A DNA stretch of 64,000 nucleotides, from the IMG/VR virus record IMGVR_UViG_3300020451_002055; one strand, written 5' to 3'. This DNA comes from a virus. Its lineage: Duplodnaviria > Heunggongvirae > Uroviricota > Caudoviricetes. The position numbers and the translations under genes were made by a program. Shown here piece after piece: positions 18,569 to 25,938 of this stretch (position 1 is the first letter of the stretch; the number at the start of each line of letters is the position of its first letter). The notes beneath the pieces are model-generated. The model was given only the letters and a program-made list of their open reading frames with translations, did not search any database and was not told the origin of the DNA.

Positions 18569-18641
18569 GCGCCGATAGCTCAATTGGTAGAGCGGTGGAT
18601 TCCAAATCCATCAGGTGGGGGTTCGAATCCCTCTCGGCGTG
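18569..18641 (+). tRNA. trnW: tRNA-Trp(CCA)
   Basis: GTGGA-TT CCA AA-TCCAT; G73. Confidence 0.95.
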
Positions 18642-18651
18642 TTTACCAGAA

Positions 18652-18743
18652 GGATAGGAGGCAACTGACGGTTCGTTGCACCGCCCTGCTAAGGCGACGT
18701 GTCTTCTCTGAAGGCACCGAGGGTTCGAGCCCCTCCCTATCCG
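18652..18743 (+). tRNA. trnS: tRNA-Ser(GCT)
   Basis: CGCC-CT GCT AA-GGCG; long V arm; G73. Confidence 0.85.
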
Positions 18744-18840
18744 CTTGCCAATAGTGTCTCCCGAGCATGGTCGGAGCGTTGCCAATAAGAAATCGAGCAG
18801 TACGAAAAGCTGTTGTCGGAAACCGTAACCGACCAACACT

Positions 18841-18923
18841 GGAAGGCATCCGGCTGGATGAGGAGCTTCGTTGGAAGCGAGGTAAGTGTAAAAGCTTTGC
18901 GGGTTCGAGTCCCGCGCCTTCCG
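18841..18923 (+). tRNA. trnS: tRNA-Ser(GGA)
   Basis: CTTCG-TT GGA AG-CGAGG; V arm; G73. Confidence 0.85.
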
Positions 18924-18937
18924 CTTAGGAGAGAATC

Positions 18938-19183
18938 ATGAAGACCATCTTATTTGAAGCCTCTGATTGCGGCTACGAGCATGGATGGATCATGCAAATC
19001 TACGAGCTTGATGGCAAGCTCTATTTGTTTGAAGACTCATCTGATTGCGGTTATTACTACACAGAAACCAAAGGTATTTCGCAAGAGGATGCTCTTGAAC
19101 TAATGCTTGAGCATGCAGAATACGAGGACGAAGAGTACCTCGACAACTTTCATTCATGCGCTTGGATTTGCCGAGTTGCATGA
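18938..19183 (+). CDS. hypothetical acidic protein
   Basis: AGGAGAG RBS; internal repeat FEASDCGY/FEDSSDCGY. Confidence 0.7.
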   Translation: MKTILFEASDCGYEHGWIMQIYELDGKLYLFEDSSDCGYYYTETKGISQEDALELMLEHAEYEDEEYLDNFHSCAWICRVA

Positions 19184-19186
19184 TTT

Positions 19187-19214
19187 GGATGGGCCAACAT
19201 TGGCGTGTGAAGCT
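19187..19214 (+). pseudogene. displaced 5' half of tRNA-Ser(CGA)
   Basis: 21/28 identical to 19778-19805 with compensatory D-stem changes. Confidence 0.75.
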
Positions 19215-19271
19215 TCTTGAAGTTCTAGGATTTTCGAAAGGTATAGTCCTGCCATTGCCGAATAGGTAAGT

Positions 19272-19793
19272 ATGGCAAGAAAACCCAATACATCATGCGT
19301 TGAGTGCGGCAAGGATTTCTATTCAAGACCATCAGAGCTTGAACGAGGATGGGGCAAGTTCTGTAGCAAGAAATGTCAGTCCTTGCATAATGGATGGAAA
19401 GAACCAGCTAAATACCCTATGCAGAAGCAATGCGAAGCATGCGGAGAAGAGTTTACCATAAGCGACTACAGAAGCCGTAGAAAGAAGTATTGCGGAAGCA
19501 GTTGCGCGGCAAAGGTAAACAACAAGAAAAGGGCAGGTAAGAGGTACTCAAAACGCAAACAGACATTCAGACAAAAGCTTCTTGATGGATTCGGTCATCA
19601 ATGCATGATTGAAGACTGCGGGTATAACAAATTCGTCGATGCCCATCATATTATCGCGAGAAAAGACGGAGGATCGAACGATCCTGAGAATGGCATTCTC
19701 TTATGCCCTAATCATCACAAAGAAGCCGACAACGGCCTTTTGTCTCAAGAAGAACTAATGGAGCATCGTAAAAACATGGATGGGCGGAAATAG
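19272..19793 (+). CDS. HNH homing endonuclease
   Basis: CxxC repeats; DAHHIIARKDGGSNDPENGILLCPNHH. Confidence 0.9.
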   Translation: MARKPNTSCVECGKDFYSRPSELERGWGKFCSKKCQSLHNGWKEPAKYPMQKQCEACGEEFTISDYRSRRKKYCGSSCAAKVNNKKRAGKRYSKRKQTFRQKLLDGFGHQCMIEDCGYNKFVDAHHIIARKDGGSNDPENGILLCPNHHKEADNGLLSQEELMEHRKNMDGRK

Positions 19794-19862
19794 GTGTATC
19801 AAGCTGTTTCGAAAACAGTCATGGGTTCATAGCCCTTGCCGGTTCGACTCCGGCCCCATCCG
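19778..19862 (+). tRNA. trnS: tRNA-Ser(CGA)
   Basis: GCTGT-TT CGA AA-ACAGT; V arm; first 16 nt overlap HNH C-terminus. Confidence 0.85.
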
Positions 19863-19871
19863 CTTTCTTTC

Positions 19872-19944
19872 GCGCCTATGGTATAGTCGGTTATTACATC
19901 ACCTTGCCAAGGTGAAAACGCGGGTTCGAATCCCGCTAGGCGCT
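19872..19944 (+). tRNA. trnG: tRNA-Gly(GCC)
   Basis: TCACC-TT GCC AA-GGTGA. Confidence 0.95.
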
Positions 19945-20008
19945 TTCTCTTGTCTGGTTCTTCTTTCAATGTGAATCTGTATATTCGCGAAACTGAAAGG
20001 AGAATATC

Positions 20009-20284
20009 ATGATCAAGAGAGTTTTCGGAGTCGATTTCGATAGCAGCGGAGGTGCGTTGACCCTCTGCCCTGGAGCAATCGGCGAGAACGAGTCCGGATG
20101 GACCATCGTTGGAGAGATTCATGAAGACTACTACGAGTGGGTGAACTACTTCGAAGCTTCCCATCCCGACCTCGGTTGGGTAAAGGGAGACTTTGAGGAT
20201 GAGGTTACGGCTTCATCCAAGAAGGCGTTCGACCACTTCTGGAAGCATCATGAGCCTACCCAATGGGACTATCAGGACATCTAA
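20009..20284 (+). CDS. hypothetical protein
   Basis: AAGGAG RBS. Confidence 0.7.
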   Translation: MIKRVFGVDFDSSGGALTLCPGAIGENESGWTIVGEIHEDYYEWVNYFEASHPDLGWVKGDFEDEVTASSKKAFDHFWKHHEPTQWDYQDI

Positions 20285-20288
20285 TCTC

Positions 20289-20314
20289 AGAGCCCGTTTC
20301 GGCGGGCTCTATTT
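20289..20314 (+). terminator. terminator-like hairpin
   Basis: AGAGCCCG/CGGGCTCT + ATTT. Confidence 0.5.
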
Positions 20315-20386
20315 GGGGATGTAGCATAACGGTAGTGCCGCTGATTTTGAGTCAGCTAAGTGCAGGTTCGAATCCTGTCGTCCCTT
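20315..20386 (+). tRNA. trnQ: tRNA-Gln(TTG)
   Basis: GCTGA-TT TTG AG-TCAGC. Confidence 0.85.
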
Positions 20387-20403
20387 TTGTCGATGAGGCA
20401 TCC

Positions 20404-20697
20404 ATGACCGTCAAACTAGTCGATAAGAAACGCATGACAATGCGACAGATCGAAGACAAACACGGTCTCCCTTGTAGGGTGAGGATGCCTTTTACTCAAC
20501 CAGACCACAGAGGCGAGCCCCAAATAGCCGGTTATCTCGAACGAGACGTACTCCGGCGAAGCGAGCAAAGACCCGAATGGTACATCCAACGAGACCCGCA
20601 AAATCCAGACAAGGGCGAGTTTACAATGTGCTACGAGGAATCGATAGCTAAGAAGTATTACGCCGACCTGGAGTTTGTCAAGAACCTAGAGGAGTAA
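20404..20697 (+). CDS. hypothetical protein
   Basis: GAGG RBS. Confidence 0.6.
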   Translation: MTVKLVDKKRMTMRQIEDKHGLPCRVRMPFTQPDHRGEPQIAGYLERDVLRRSEQRPEWYIQRDPQNPDKGEFTMCYEESIAKKYYADLEFVKNLEE

Positions 20698-20700
20698 GCC

Positions 20701-21414
20701 ATGAGACAGCAGAGCAAGCGGCCTCTTGGCTGCAAATCTTACGGAAGGATACCTCATCTGCCCGGAAGCCGCCAAAGCCGAGACGACATCGGTCTTTCCG
20801 GCGGTCAAGCTCGCATACTCCTAGAGAAAGCGAGAGACGACAAAGACACGATCATCGTTCAGCAAAAGCTAGACGGGTCGAATGTTGGAATTGCCAAAGT
20901 TGATGGCGTCATCGTTCCGCTTGTAAGAGCGGGTTACAGAGCGGAGACCTCCCCTTGGGAACAGCATCATCATTTCGCAACTTGGACTCATCGCAACTAC
21001 GCATTGTTCGACTTCCTTGAAGAAGGCGAGAGGGTCTGCGGCGAATGGCTAGGTCAAGCCGTAGGTACGATCTACGATCTCCCTCATCTCCCCTTCGCTC
21101 CGTTTGATATCATGCGGAACGGTCACGATCGAGCGTTGTATGAAGAGCTTGTTGATCGCGTTGCCGATCGCCTTCCTTTGCCTCAGCTTGTTAGTAAAGG
21201 CCCGCCTCTTTCTATAGAGGCCGCTCTCGCAAGACTCGACGCTGATGCTCACGGAGCGAAGGAGGAGATCGAGGGAGCTATCTGGCGAGTCGAGCGCAAT
21301 GGAGAAGTTGATTTCATCGCGAAATATGTTCGACACTCCAAGACGGACGGAAAATATCTGCCCGAGATCAGTGGAAAGCCGTCCATCTGGCTTTGGCATC
21401 CCGATAACAAGTAA
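20701..21414 (+). CDS. ATP-dependent RNA ligase (Rnl2-like nucleotidyltransferase)
   Basis: Motif I QKLDGSN, III GEW, IIIa FDI, IV EGAIWR, V AKYV. Confidence 0.8.
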   Translation: MRQQSKRPLGCKSYGRIPHLPGSRQSRDDIGLSGGQARILLEKARDDKDTIIVQQKLDGSNVGIAKVDGVIVPLVRAGYRAETSPWEQHHHFATWTHRNYALFDFLEEGERVCGEWLGQAVGTIYDLPHLPFAPFDIMRNGHDRALYEELVDRVADRLPLPQLVSKGPPLSIEAALARLDADAHGAKEEIEGAIWRVERNGEVDFIAKYVRHSKTDGKYLPEISGKPSIWLWHPDNK

Positions 21415-21419
21415 GTATT

Positions 21420-21493
21420 GCAGATGTAGCTCAACGGAGAGAGCGCCGCCCTGCGAAGGCGGAGGTTGGAAGGTTCGAATCCTCCCATCTGCG
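21420..21493 (+). tRNA. trnR: tRNA-Arg(GCG)
   Basis: CCGCC-CT GCG AA-GGCGG. Confidence 0.9.
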
Positions 21494-21502
21494 TTTGGAG
21501 AA

Positions 21503-21934
21503 ATGATGGCAAAGCCTAAACAACGACTGCAGAGAGCGATAGACAAGGGGCCGGAATGGACTTGCGCTATTCGCCAAATCATGATGCCCAAGGATACCAA
21601 CATGTACGGCACGGTCTTTGGAGGTATCATCCTAAGCATGATTGACCAAGCCGCTCTTGTTGAGGCAAGACTGCATGGCATCCATAAATGGGTAACTGCA
21701 TCGTTGGACAGGGTTGACTTCAAGAGCCCTATACGAGTCGGCGATACCGTCAGCTTGTATACTCATACTTCTCGCGAAGGAACAAAGAGCGTTGAAGTAG
21801 AGGTTTGCGTAGAAGTTCATAGATACGATACGAATACGATCGAAGAAGTCACAACAGCAAAGATCACGATGGTTTCGATAGGGCCAGATGGTAAGCCCAT
21901 TCCGTTCTCGGAACCATCAAGCTTGGGGTCGTAG
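21503..21934 (+). CDS. acyl-CoA thioesterase (hotdog fold, YciA-like)
   Basis: MPKDTNMYGTVFGGIILSMIDQAA; VTASLDRVDFKSPIRVGD. Confidence 0.9.
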   Translation: MMAKPKQRLQRAIDKGPEWTCAIRQIMMPKDTNMYGTVFGGIILSMIDQAALVEARLHGIHKWVTASLDRVDFKSPIRVGDTVSLYTHTSREGTKSVEVEVCVEVHRYDTNTIEEVTTAKITMVSIGPDGKPIPFSEPSSLGS

Positions 21935-21997
21935 CTTAATTGGTAGAGCGTCTCGATGGCATTGAGAAGGTTAGGGGTTCGATTCCCCTCGATTCCA
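21925..21997 (+). tRNA. trnA: tRNA-Ala(GGC)
   Basis: TCTCG-AT GGC AT-TGAGA; overlaps thioesterase stop. Confidence 0.9.
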
Positions 21998-22048
21998 CTT
22001 TTCTCAGCAGGTGGGATGAGAGTTCGTTAGGATAGTTCGCAGACATAT

Positions 22049-22121
22049 GGGGCGGTAGCTCAGTTGGTAGAGCAATTGCTTTGCAAGCAATAGGTCCGGG
22101 GTTCGAATCCCCGTCGCTCCA
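22049..22121 (+). tRNA. trnA: tRNA-Ala(TGC), second copy
   Basis: ATTGC-TT TGC AA-GCAAT. Confidence 0.95.
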
Positions 22122-22145
22122 CTTACTCATTCAAAGGAGGTCAAG

Positions 22146-22472
22146 ATGACCGTCAGCTTCACTCAGTACGTTCGGGATCGCAAGAACAGGCGTCGAGGCG
22201 TCTTCCTCGTTGATCTCGATGGGGATCAGGTATCTCTCGGTTGGAGTCTTTGCTCCATTACCCGAGGCGACCACTTTGATCGAGACTTCGGCCTTCAGAT
22301 CGCCGAGGATCGGCGAGACAAGAGAGAGGCTCTTAGCTTCTCTCTGAACAACAGAACTGATCTTCTTGATGCTCGCCAAGAGGTTCCTCACAGCATGCGA
22401 CCGACCTTCGATCGGATCATCGATCGATGCGGCAGAATCGTTCGTAATCAAGAAGCAGAAGCCGTCGCTTGA
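22146..22472 (+). CDS. hypothetical protein
   Basis: AAGGAGG RBS. Confidence 0.75.
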   Translation: MTVSFTQYVRDRKNRRRGVFLVDLDGDQVSLGWSLCSITRGDHFDRDFGLQIAEDRRDKREALSFSLNNRTDLLDARQEVPHSMRPTFDRIIDRCGRIVRNQEAEAVA

Positions 22473-22479
22473 CGGTAGC

Positions 22480-22561
22480 GCGTCGTTGGCAGAGCGGCAA
22501 TTGCGACAGACTGTAAATCTGTTCCCATTCGGGTTCGGGGGTTCGAGTCCCTCACGGCGCA
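22480..22561 (+). tRNA. trnY: tRNA-Tyr(GTA), second copy
   Basis: ACAGA-CT GTA AA-TCTGT; V arm. Confidence 0.95.
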
Positions 22562-22565
22562 CTTA

Positions 22566-22735
22566 GACGATGAAGCAACGCGATGTTGAACATTAGGCTC
22601 AGCGGCTCGACCAGCATATAGGGTTTGGAAGTAGGGTATCTTTGGCAAAGATGTAAGGTCGTGCAACTCCCTACGCCGAAGTAGAGCAGATGTAGAAAGC
22701 CAAGGATCTTGCCGGTTGAAACCCGGCCATCGTCT
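22566..22735 (+). ncRNA. giant tRNA-like RNA A (170 nt)
   Basis: Acceptor GACGATG/CATCGTC+T, stacked T-like arm GCCGG-TTGAAAC-CCGGC, 138-nt structured interior. Confidence 0.65.
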
Positions 22736-22739
22736 TTAC

Positions 22740-22822
22740 GGGGCAGTAGCTCAAGCGTAAGCAAAAGGTAGAGCAGCGGATTGAAGTCCCGCGTGTTGCC
22801 AGTTCGAATCTGGTCTGTCCCA
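22740..22822 (+). tRNA. trnF: tRNA-Phe(GAA) with enlarged D loop
   Basis: GCGGA-TT GAA GT-CCCGC; 18-nt D loop containing GC-GTAA-GC. Confidence 0.75.
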
Positions 22823-22834
22823 TTCGGAGAACAA

Positions 22835-23059
22835 ATGTCAACCAACAAAGTCTGGATAGTCTATCATGGGTCCGAGTATGGAGATCGTGAAGATTGCAGC
22901 ATTTTCTATACTCCAACCGAAATATATGATAGCAAGTCTGCGGCTGATCAAAGAGCCAACGAGCTAAAGGCTCTTCAGAAGCAGAATGGCGGTCCTTTCT
23001 ATGTCGATATTCAGGAGATCGAGATGGGAAAGAAAGCTGATACAGACTACATGGACTGA
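22835..23059 (+). CDS. hypothetical protein
   Basis: GGAG RBS. Confidence 0.65.
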   Translation: MSTNKVWIVYHGSEYGDREDCSIFYTPTEIYDSKSAADQRANELKALQKQNGGPFYVDIQEIEMGKKADTDYMD

Positions 23060-23064
23060 AAATC

Positions 23065-23298
23065 ATGAACTACAAGCAAGTCATTCAAGACTATCAGAAC
23101 GGAACCATCGATCGACAGGAATGGCAAGTCTGTTTTGATAACGACGGCGGATACTGGAACTACATAGGCGATCCAATACCCGAAGCCGAAGAAGACCGTC
23201 TCAGGAAAGAGATGGAAACAAAGTACGGCGATACCGGAGGCTATGAAGACTTGGTTGATCTTGCCAAAGCAGCAGGAATTAACGCGGAGTGGGTCTAA
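23065..23298 (+). CDS. hypothetical protein
   Basis: Tightly packed ORF. Confidence 0.65.
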   Translation: MNYKQVIQDYQNGTIDRQEWQVCFDNDGGYWNYIGDPIPEAEEDRLRKEMETKYGDTGGYEDLVDLAKAAGINAEWV

Positions 23299-23733
23299 AT
23301 GATGTACGATAAGACATTTGACTATGTAACAGAAAATGAAGTTCATCTCAAGGCTCTCGGTATAGAGAGAGTATCGATGAGCGAGAATGAACCTATCCGC
23401 TGGGATTTGGTTACAGAAGTCAAGACGGGCGGGTCTTATAGACTTGGTTTTTCTACAAGTCAGTATGTTGTAGCGAAACATCCAAGCGGAATCGATCTTA
23501 CTTGGCGAGTTGAGCTTGAGCCTCGATCCGAGAACGGAACGGGCATACTAAAGCTCAACATTGATGCAATCAAAGAGATCATAGATAATGCTCCTGAGCA
23601 AGCCGCTGACAGCGTAAGACAATGGCTAAATGATGCTATTAGCGAAGTCAGTAAGCATATCGATGATCTTGAAAAAGGCTTGCAGGGATGCAAAGAAGTC
23701 AGGTCTCTATTTGAAGAGTCCTTGGCTCAATGA
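23299..23733 (+). CDS. hypothetical protein
   Basis: Abuts upstream stop; GGAG RBS. Confidence 0.7.
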   Translation: MMYDKTFDYVTENEVHLKALGIERVSMSENEPIRWDLVTEVKTGGSYRLGFSTSQYVVAKHPSGIDLTWRVELEPRSENGTGILKLNIDAIKEIIDNAPEQAADSVRQWLNDAISEVSKHIDDLEKGLQGCKEVRSLFEESLAQ

Positions 23734-23734
23734 T

Positions 23735-23815
23735 GGTGGCTATGGCAGACAGGTAATGCACCTGGTTGTGAACCAGGGCCGTAAGGCAATGCGAGTTCGA
23801 ATCTCGTTAGTCACC
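23735..23815 (+). tRNA. trnH: tRNA-His(GTG) with long variable arm
   Basis: G-1/C73; CCTGG-TT GTG AA-CCAGG; V region GCC-GTAA-GGC-AAT. Confidence 0.85.
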
Positions 23816-23820
23816 CTTTT

Positions 23821-24315
23821 ATGGAAGAAGCTGATAGATTTTGGTTAGCAGGTTTTCTTGAGGGAGAAGGGTCTTTCCTCAAAGGCCCTCCCTCAAGAAA
23901 AAGCAAAGTATGTATATCAGCGGTAAGCACTGACATCGATATCATCGAGAGAGTTGCTAATCTGCTTGAAACAAGCTATTATGATGCAAGAGATAAGAGA
24001 TGGGATGATAATCCTCACTGGAAAAAGCCCTATGTCGTAAACAAAAGTGGAAGAAGAGCGGTTGAACTTATGCAAGAGCTAAGACCGCTTATGGGGCAAA
24101 GAAGGCAGCGTCAAATAGATGAAGCAATCGAATGTTTCAATGAGCATGCTTGCGGTAGGGGTTTGACAGAGAAATATGTTCTTCAAATCATTGAAGAATA
24201 CCGTCAAGGCAATATATCTCAGGTAGCCTTGGCAGAAAAGCACTCTATGCGTCGAGAGACGATAAACAAGATAGTCAATGGCAAATCAAAACGCTGGGGC
24301 TACTTGGTAGAGTAA
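23821..24315 (+). CDS. LAGLIDADG-type homing endonuclease with C-terminal HTH
   Basis: WLAGFLEGEGSF; C-terminal ISQVALAEKHSMRRETINKIV. Confidence 0.85.
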   Translation: MEEADRFWLAGFLEGEGSFLKGPPSRKSKVCISAVSTDIDIIERVANLLETSYYDARDKRWDDNPHWKKPYVVNKSGRRAVELMQELRPLMGQRRQRQIDEAIECFNEHACGRGLTEKYVLQIIEEYRQGNISQVALAEKHSMRRETINKIVNGKSKRWGYLVE

Positions 24316-24318
24316 GAT

Positions 24319-24393
24319 GGTGTGCGTAGCTCAACTGGTTAGAGCATCGGGTTGTGATCCCGAAGGTTGCGAGTTCGAACCTCGTCGTACACC
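24319..24393 (+). tRNA. trnH: tRNA-His(GTG), canonical
   Basis: G-1/C73; TCGGG-TT GTG AT-CCCGA. Confidence 0.95.
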
Positions 24394-24399
24394 CTTTAT

Positions 24400-24542
24400 G
24401 GATGCGGAATCCTTTGTAAGGCGCTGTCTTGAGCAGGTGCCGCGATAAGGCGAGAATCCCCGGGCGGGCGAAACTCATTCAAAGGGCGGACTGGAACTTT
24501 GGAGCAGTCAAGGTTTCTTGGGTTCGAATCCCAACGCATCCG
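24400..24542 (+). ncRNA. giant tRNA-like RNA B (143 nt)
   Basis: Acceptor GGATGCG/CGCATCC+G, perfect T arm TTGGG-TTCGAAT-CCCAA, expanded interior. Confidence 0.7.
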
Positions 24543-24561
24543 TTTCTCAAGAACAGGACTC

Positions 24562-24828
24562 ATGATGAACAAAGAAGACAGACAGAAGCTCGCCGCAATG
24601 GAAAAAGAGATACTCGAACGCAAGTTCGGGCCTCTCGAAGAAGCGGAACCGATACCTCAGAACGTGAGAGATGCGTATGAGGAAGCAGAAGCGGCGATAC
24701 AGCGATATAGAGAGCTAGCACTGAAGGCTGCCGAGGGTCAACCCGATTATTGCGGTCGAGAAATCGACAGCATGACTTACTCGGCATCAAGCTATCTCGA
24801 AGAATCCCTCGGATACATCCGAGACTAA
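24562..24828 (+). CDS. hypothetical protein
   Basis: AGGA RBS. Confidence 0.6.
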   Translation: MMNKEDRQKLAAMEKEILERKFGPLEEAEPIPQNVRDAYEEAEAAIQRYRELALKAAEGQPDYCGREIDSMTYSASSYLEESLGYIRD

Positions 24829-24832
24829 CGTT

Positions 24833-24904
24833 TCCCCAGTAGCTCAGCGGCAGAGCGGGTGGCTGTTAACCACCGTGTCGTAGGTTCGAATCCTACCTGG
24901 GGAG
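24833..24904 (+). tRNA. trnN: tRNA-Asn(GTT)
   Basis: GGTGG-CT GTT AA-CCACC. Confidence 0.95.
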
Positions 24905-24907
24905 TTT

Positions 24908-25065
24908 GATTGCAGTTGATATCGTAACCCCAAAGCCATATGGGGACGTTGACGAAGGGGAGATTACTCCAAGGTCGGACTCAAGTCGGCTTAGTCATGC
25001 TTGAACTAAACGGCTCCGGCTAAAGTGACAGACGATGCGGGACCGGAAACCCGTGAACTGCAATC
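24908..25065 (+). ncRNA. structured RNA C (158 nt), possibly tRNA-like
   Basis: Perfect 10-bp terminal stem GATTGCAGTT/AACTGCAATC, 3' hairpin GCGGG/CCCGT, several internal hairpins. Confidence 0.6.
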
Positions 25066-25086
25066 CTTTGGCAGAAAGAAAGACCG

Positions 25087-25308
25087 ATGGAAAAACAATG
25101 TCGCCTAGCTATCAACGAGATCAATGCCGTACTCGACAAGTATGGGCTCGGCTTTGAAATATATGTCGATAGAGACGGTAAGACGAAAGCAGACATTTGG
25201 GCTGCAGAAGCCCTTTCGGAAGGCATAGGATTGACTATCGATACGATAGACCTGCAAGAGTTTGGCGGGAAGATAACGCTTCTTGGTCAAACCCTTCCGC
25301 CGAAGTAG
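25087..25308 (+). CDS. hypothetical protein
   Basis: ORF in dense cluster. Confidence 0.55.
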   Translation: MEKQCRLAINEINAVLDKYGLGFEIYVDRDGKTKADIWAAEALSEGIGLTIDTIDLQEFGGKITLLGQTLPPK

Positions 25309-25316
25309 AGGTAGCA

Positions 25317-25472
25317 ATGGTTAGGTACTCAGTAGAAGTCAGACTGCATGTTGATGTCGAAGCCGAGACCGAAGAGGAAGCCATCGAGAAGGCGACAGAT
25401 GTTGCTCTCGGAGGCGACGGCGGAGATGCTTCGGTATATGATACCGAGATCATGTATGAGCAGGAGATATGA
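25317..25472 (+). CDS. small acidic hypothetical protein
   Basis: GAGGT RBS; VxVEAExEEEAIEKA motif. Confidence 0.6.
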   Translation: MVRYSVEVRLHVDVEAETEEEAIEKATDVALGGDGGDASVYDTEIMYEQEI

Positions 25473-25475
25473 GTT

Positions 25476-25937
25476 TTGAACTATAGGTACTCAGTGGCAA
25501 TCGGCGACTGGTCAGATGACGGTCATGGCAAATGCGAGCATTTTCACTATGAAACCTCGCATGATATTGACGAGATACGAGAAGCCTACAAAAAGGCAGT
25601 AAAGGCTTCAGGAGTTGCTCTTGAAGATGGCTCAAAAGCTGATTTTGTTCTGTTCAGCGAATATGATGAGCATACAATGCCGGGGGCCGCCGTTGAAAGG
25701 CTAGAATCTATCGGCGTTGACTTTAGCGTCATCAGCGGAGATCCTGGAGAGGACGAGTTCTACGACGATGAAAAGTCTCTAAGACCAACATCTTCGGGTC
25801 TTGCGAATATGTTCATGGAAATGGTTAGGACTCAGATTGAAGAGTTCCAATACAAGAAGATTGAAAACCAGACTATTTCCATCAATGGATATTGGTCGAA
25901 GTTTAACGAGTCTATAGGCTACGGCCTATATAGTTGA
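25476..25937 (+). CDS. hypothetical phage protein
   Basis: TTG start after AGGAG; IGDWSDDGHGK motif. Confidence 0.7.
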   Translation: MNYRYSVAIGDWSDDGHGKCEHFHYETSHDIDEIREAYKKAVKASGVALEDGSKADFVLFSEYDEHTMPGAAVERLESIGVDFSVISGDPGEDEFYDDEKSLRPTSSGLANMFMEMVRTQIEEFQYKKIENQTISINGYWSKFNESIGYGLYS

Positions 25938-25938
25938 A

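Noticed and set aside
18652-18743. Selenocysteine-type tRNA (extended D stem)
   Set aside because: Anticodon is GCT and the acceptor is 7 bp; an ordinary tRNA-Ser
19236-19252. AAGGTATAGTCC resembling the group I intron S element
   Set aside because: No P3/P7 partner or R element found; the downstream tRNA is complete without splicing; better explained as a -10-like TATAGT near the HNH
24925-25040. Twister-like GGACTCAAGTC loop and TAAC in RNA C
   Set aside because: The required T1 partner (GAGT before the P1 3' strand) and the P2/P4 order are absent
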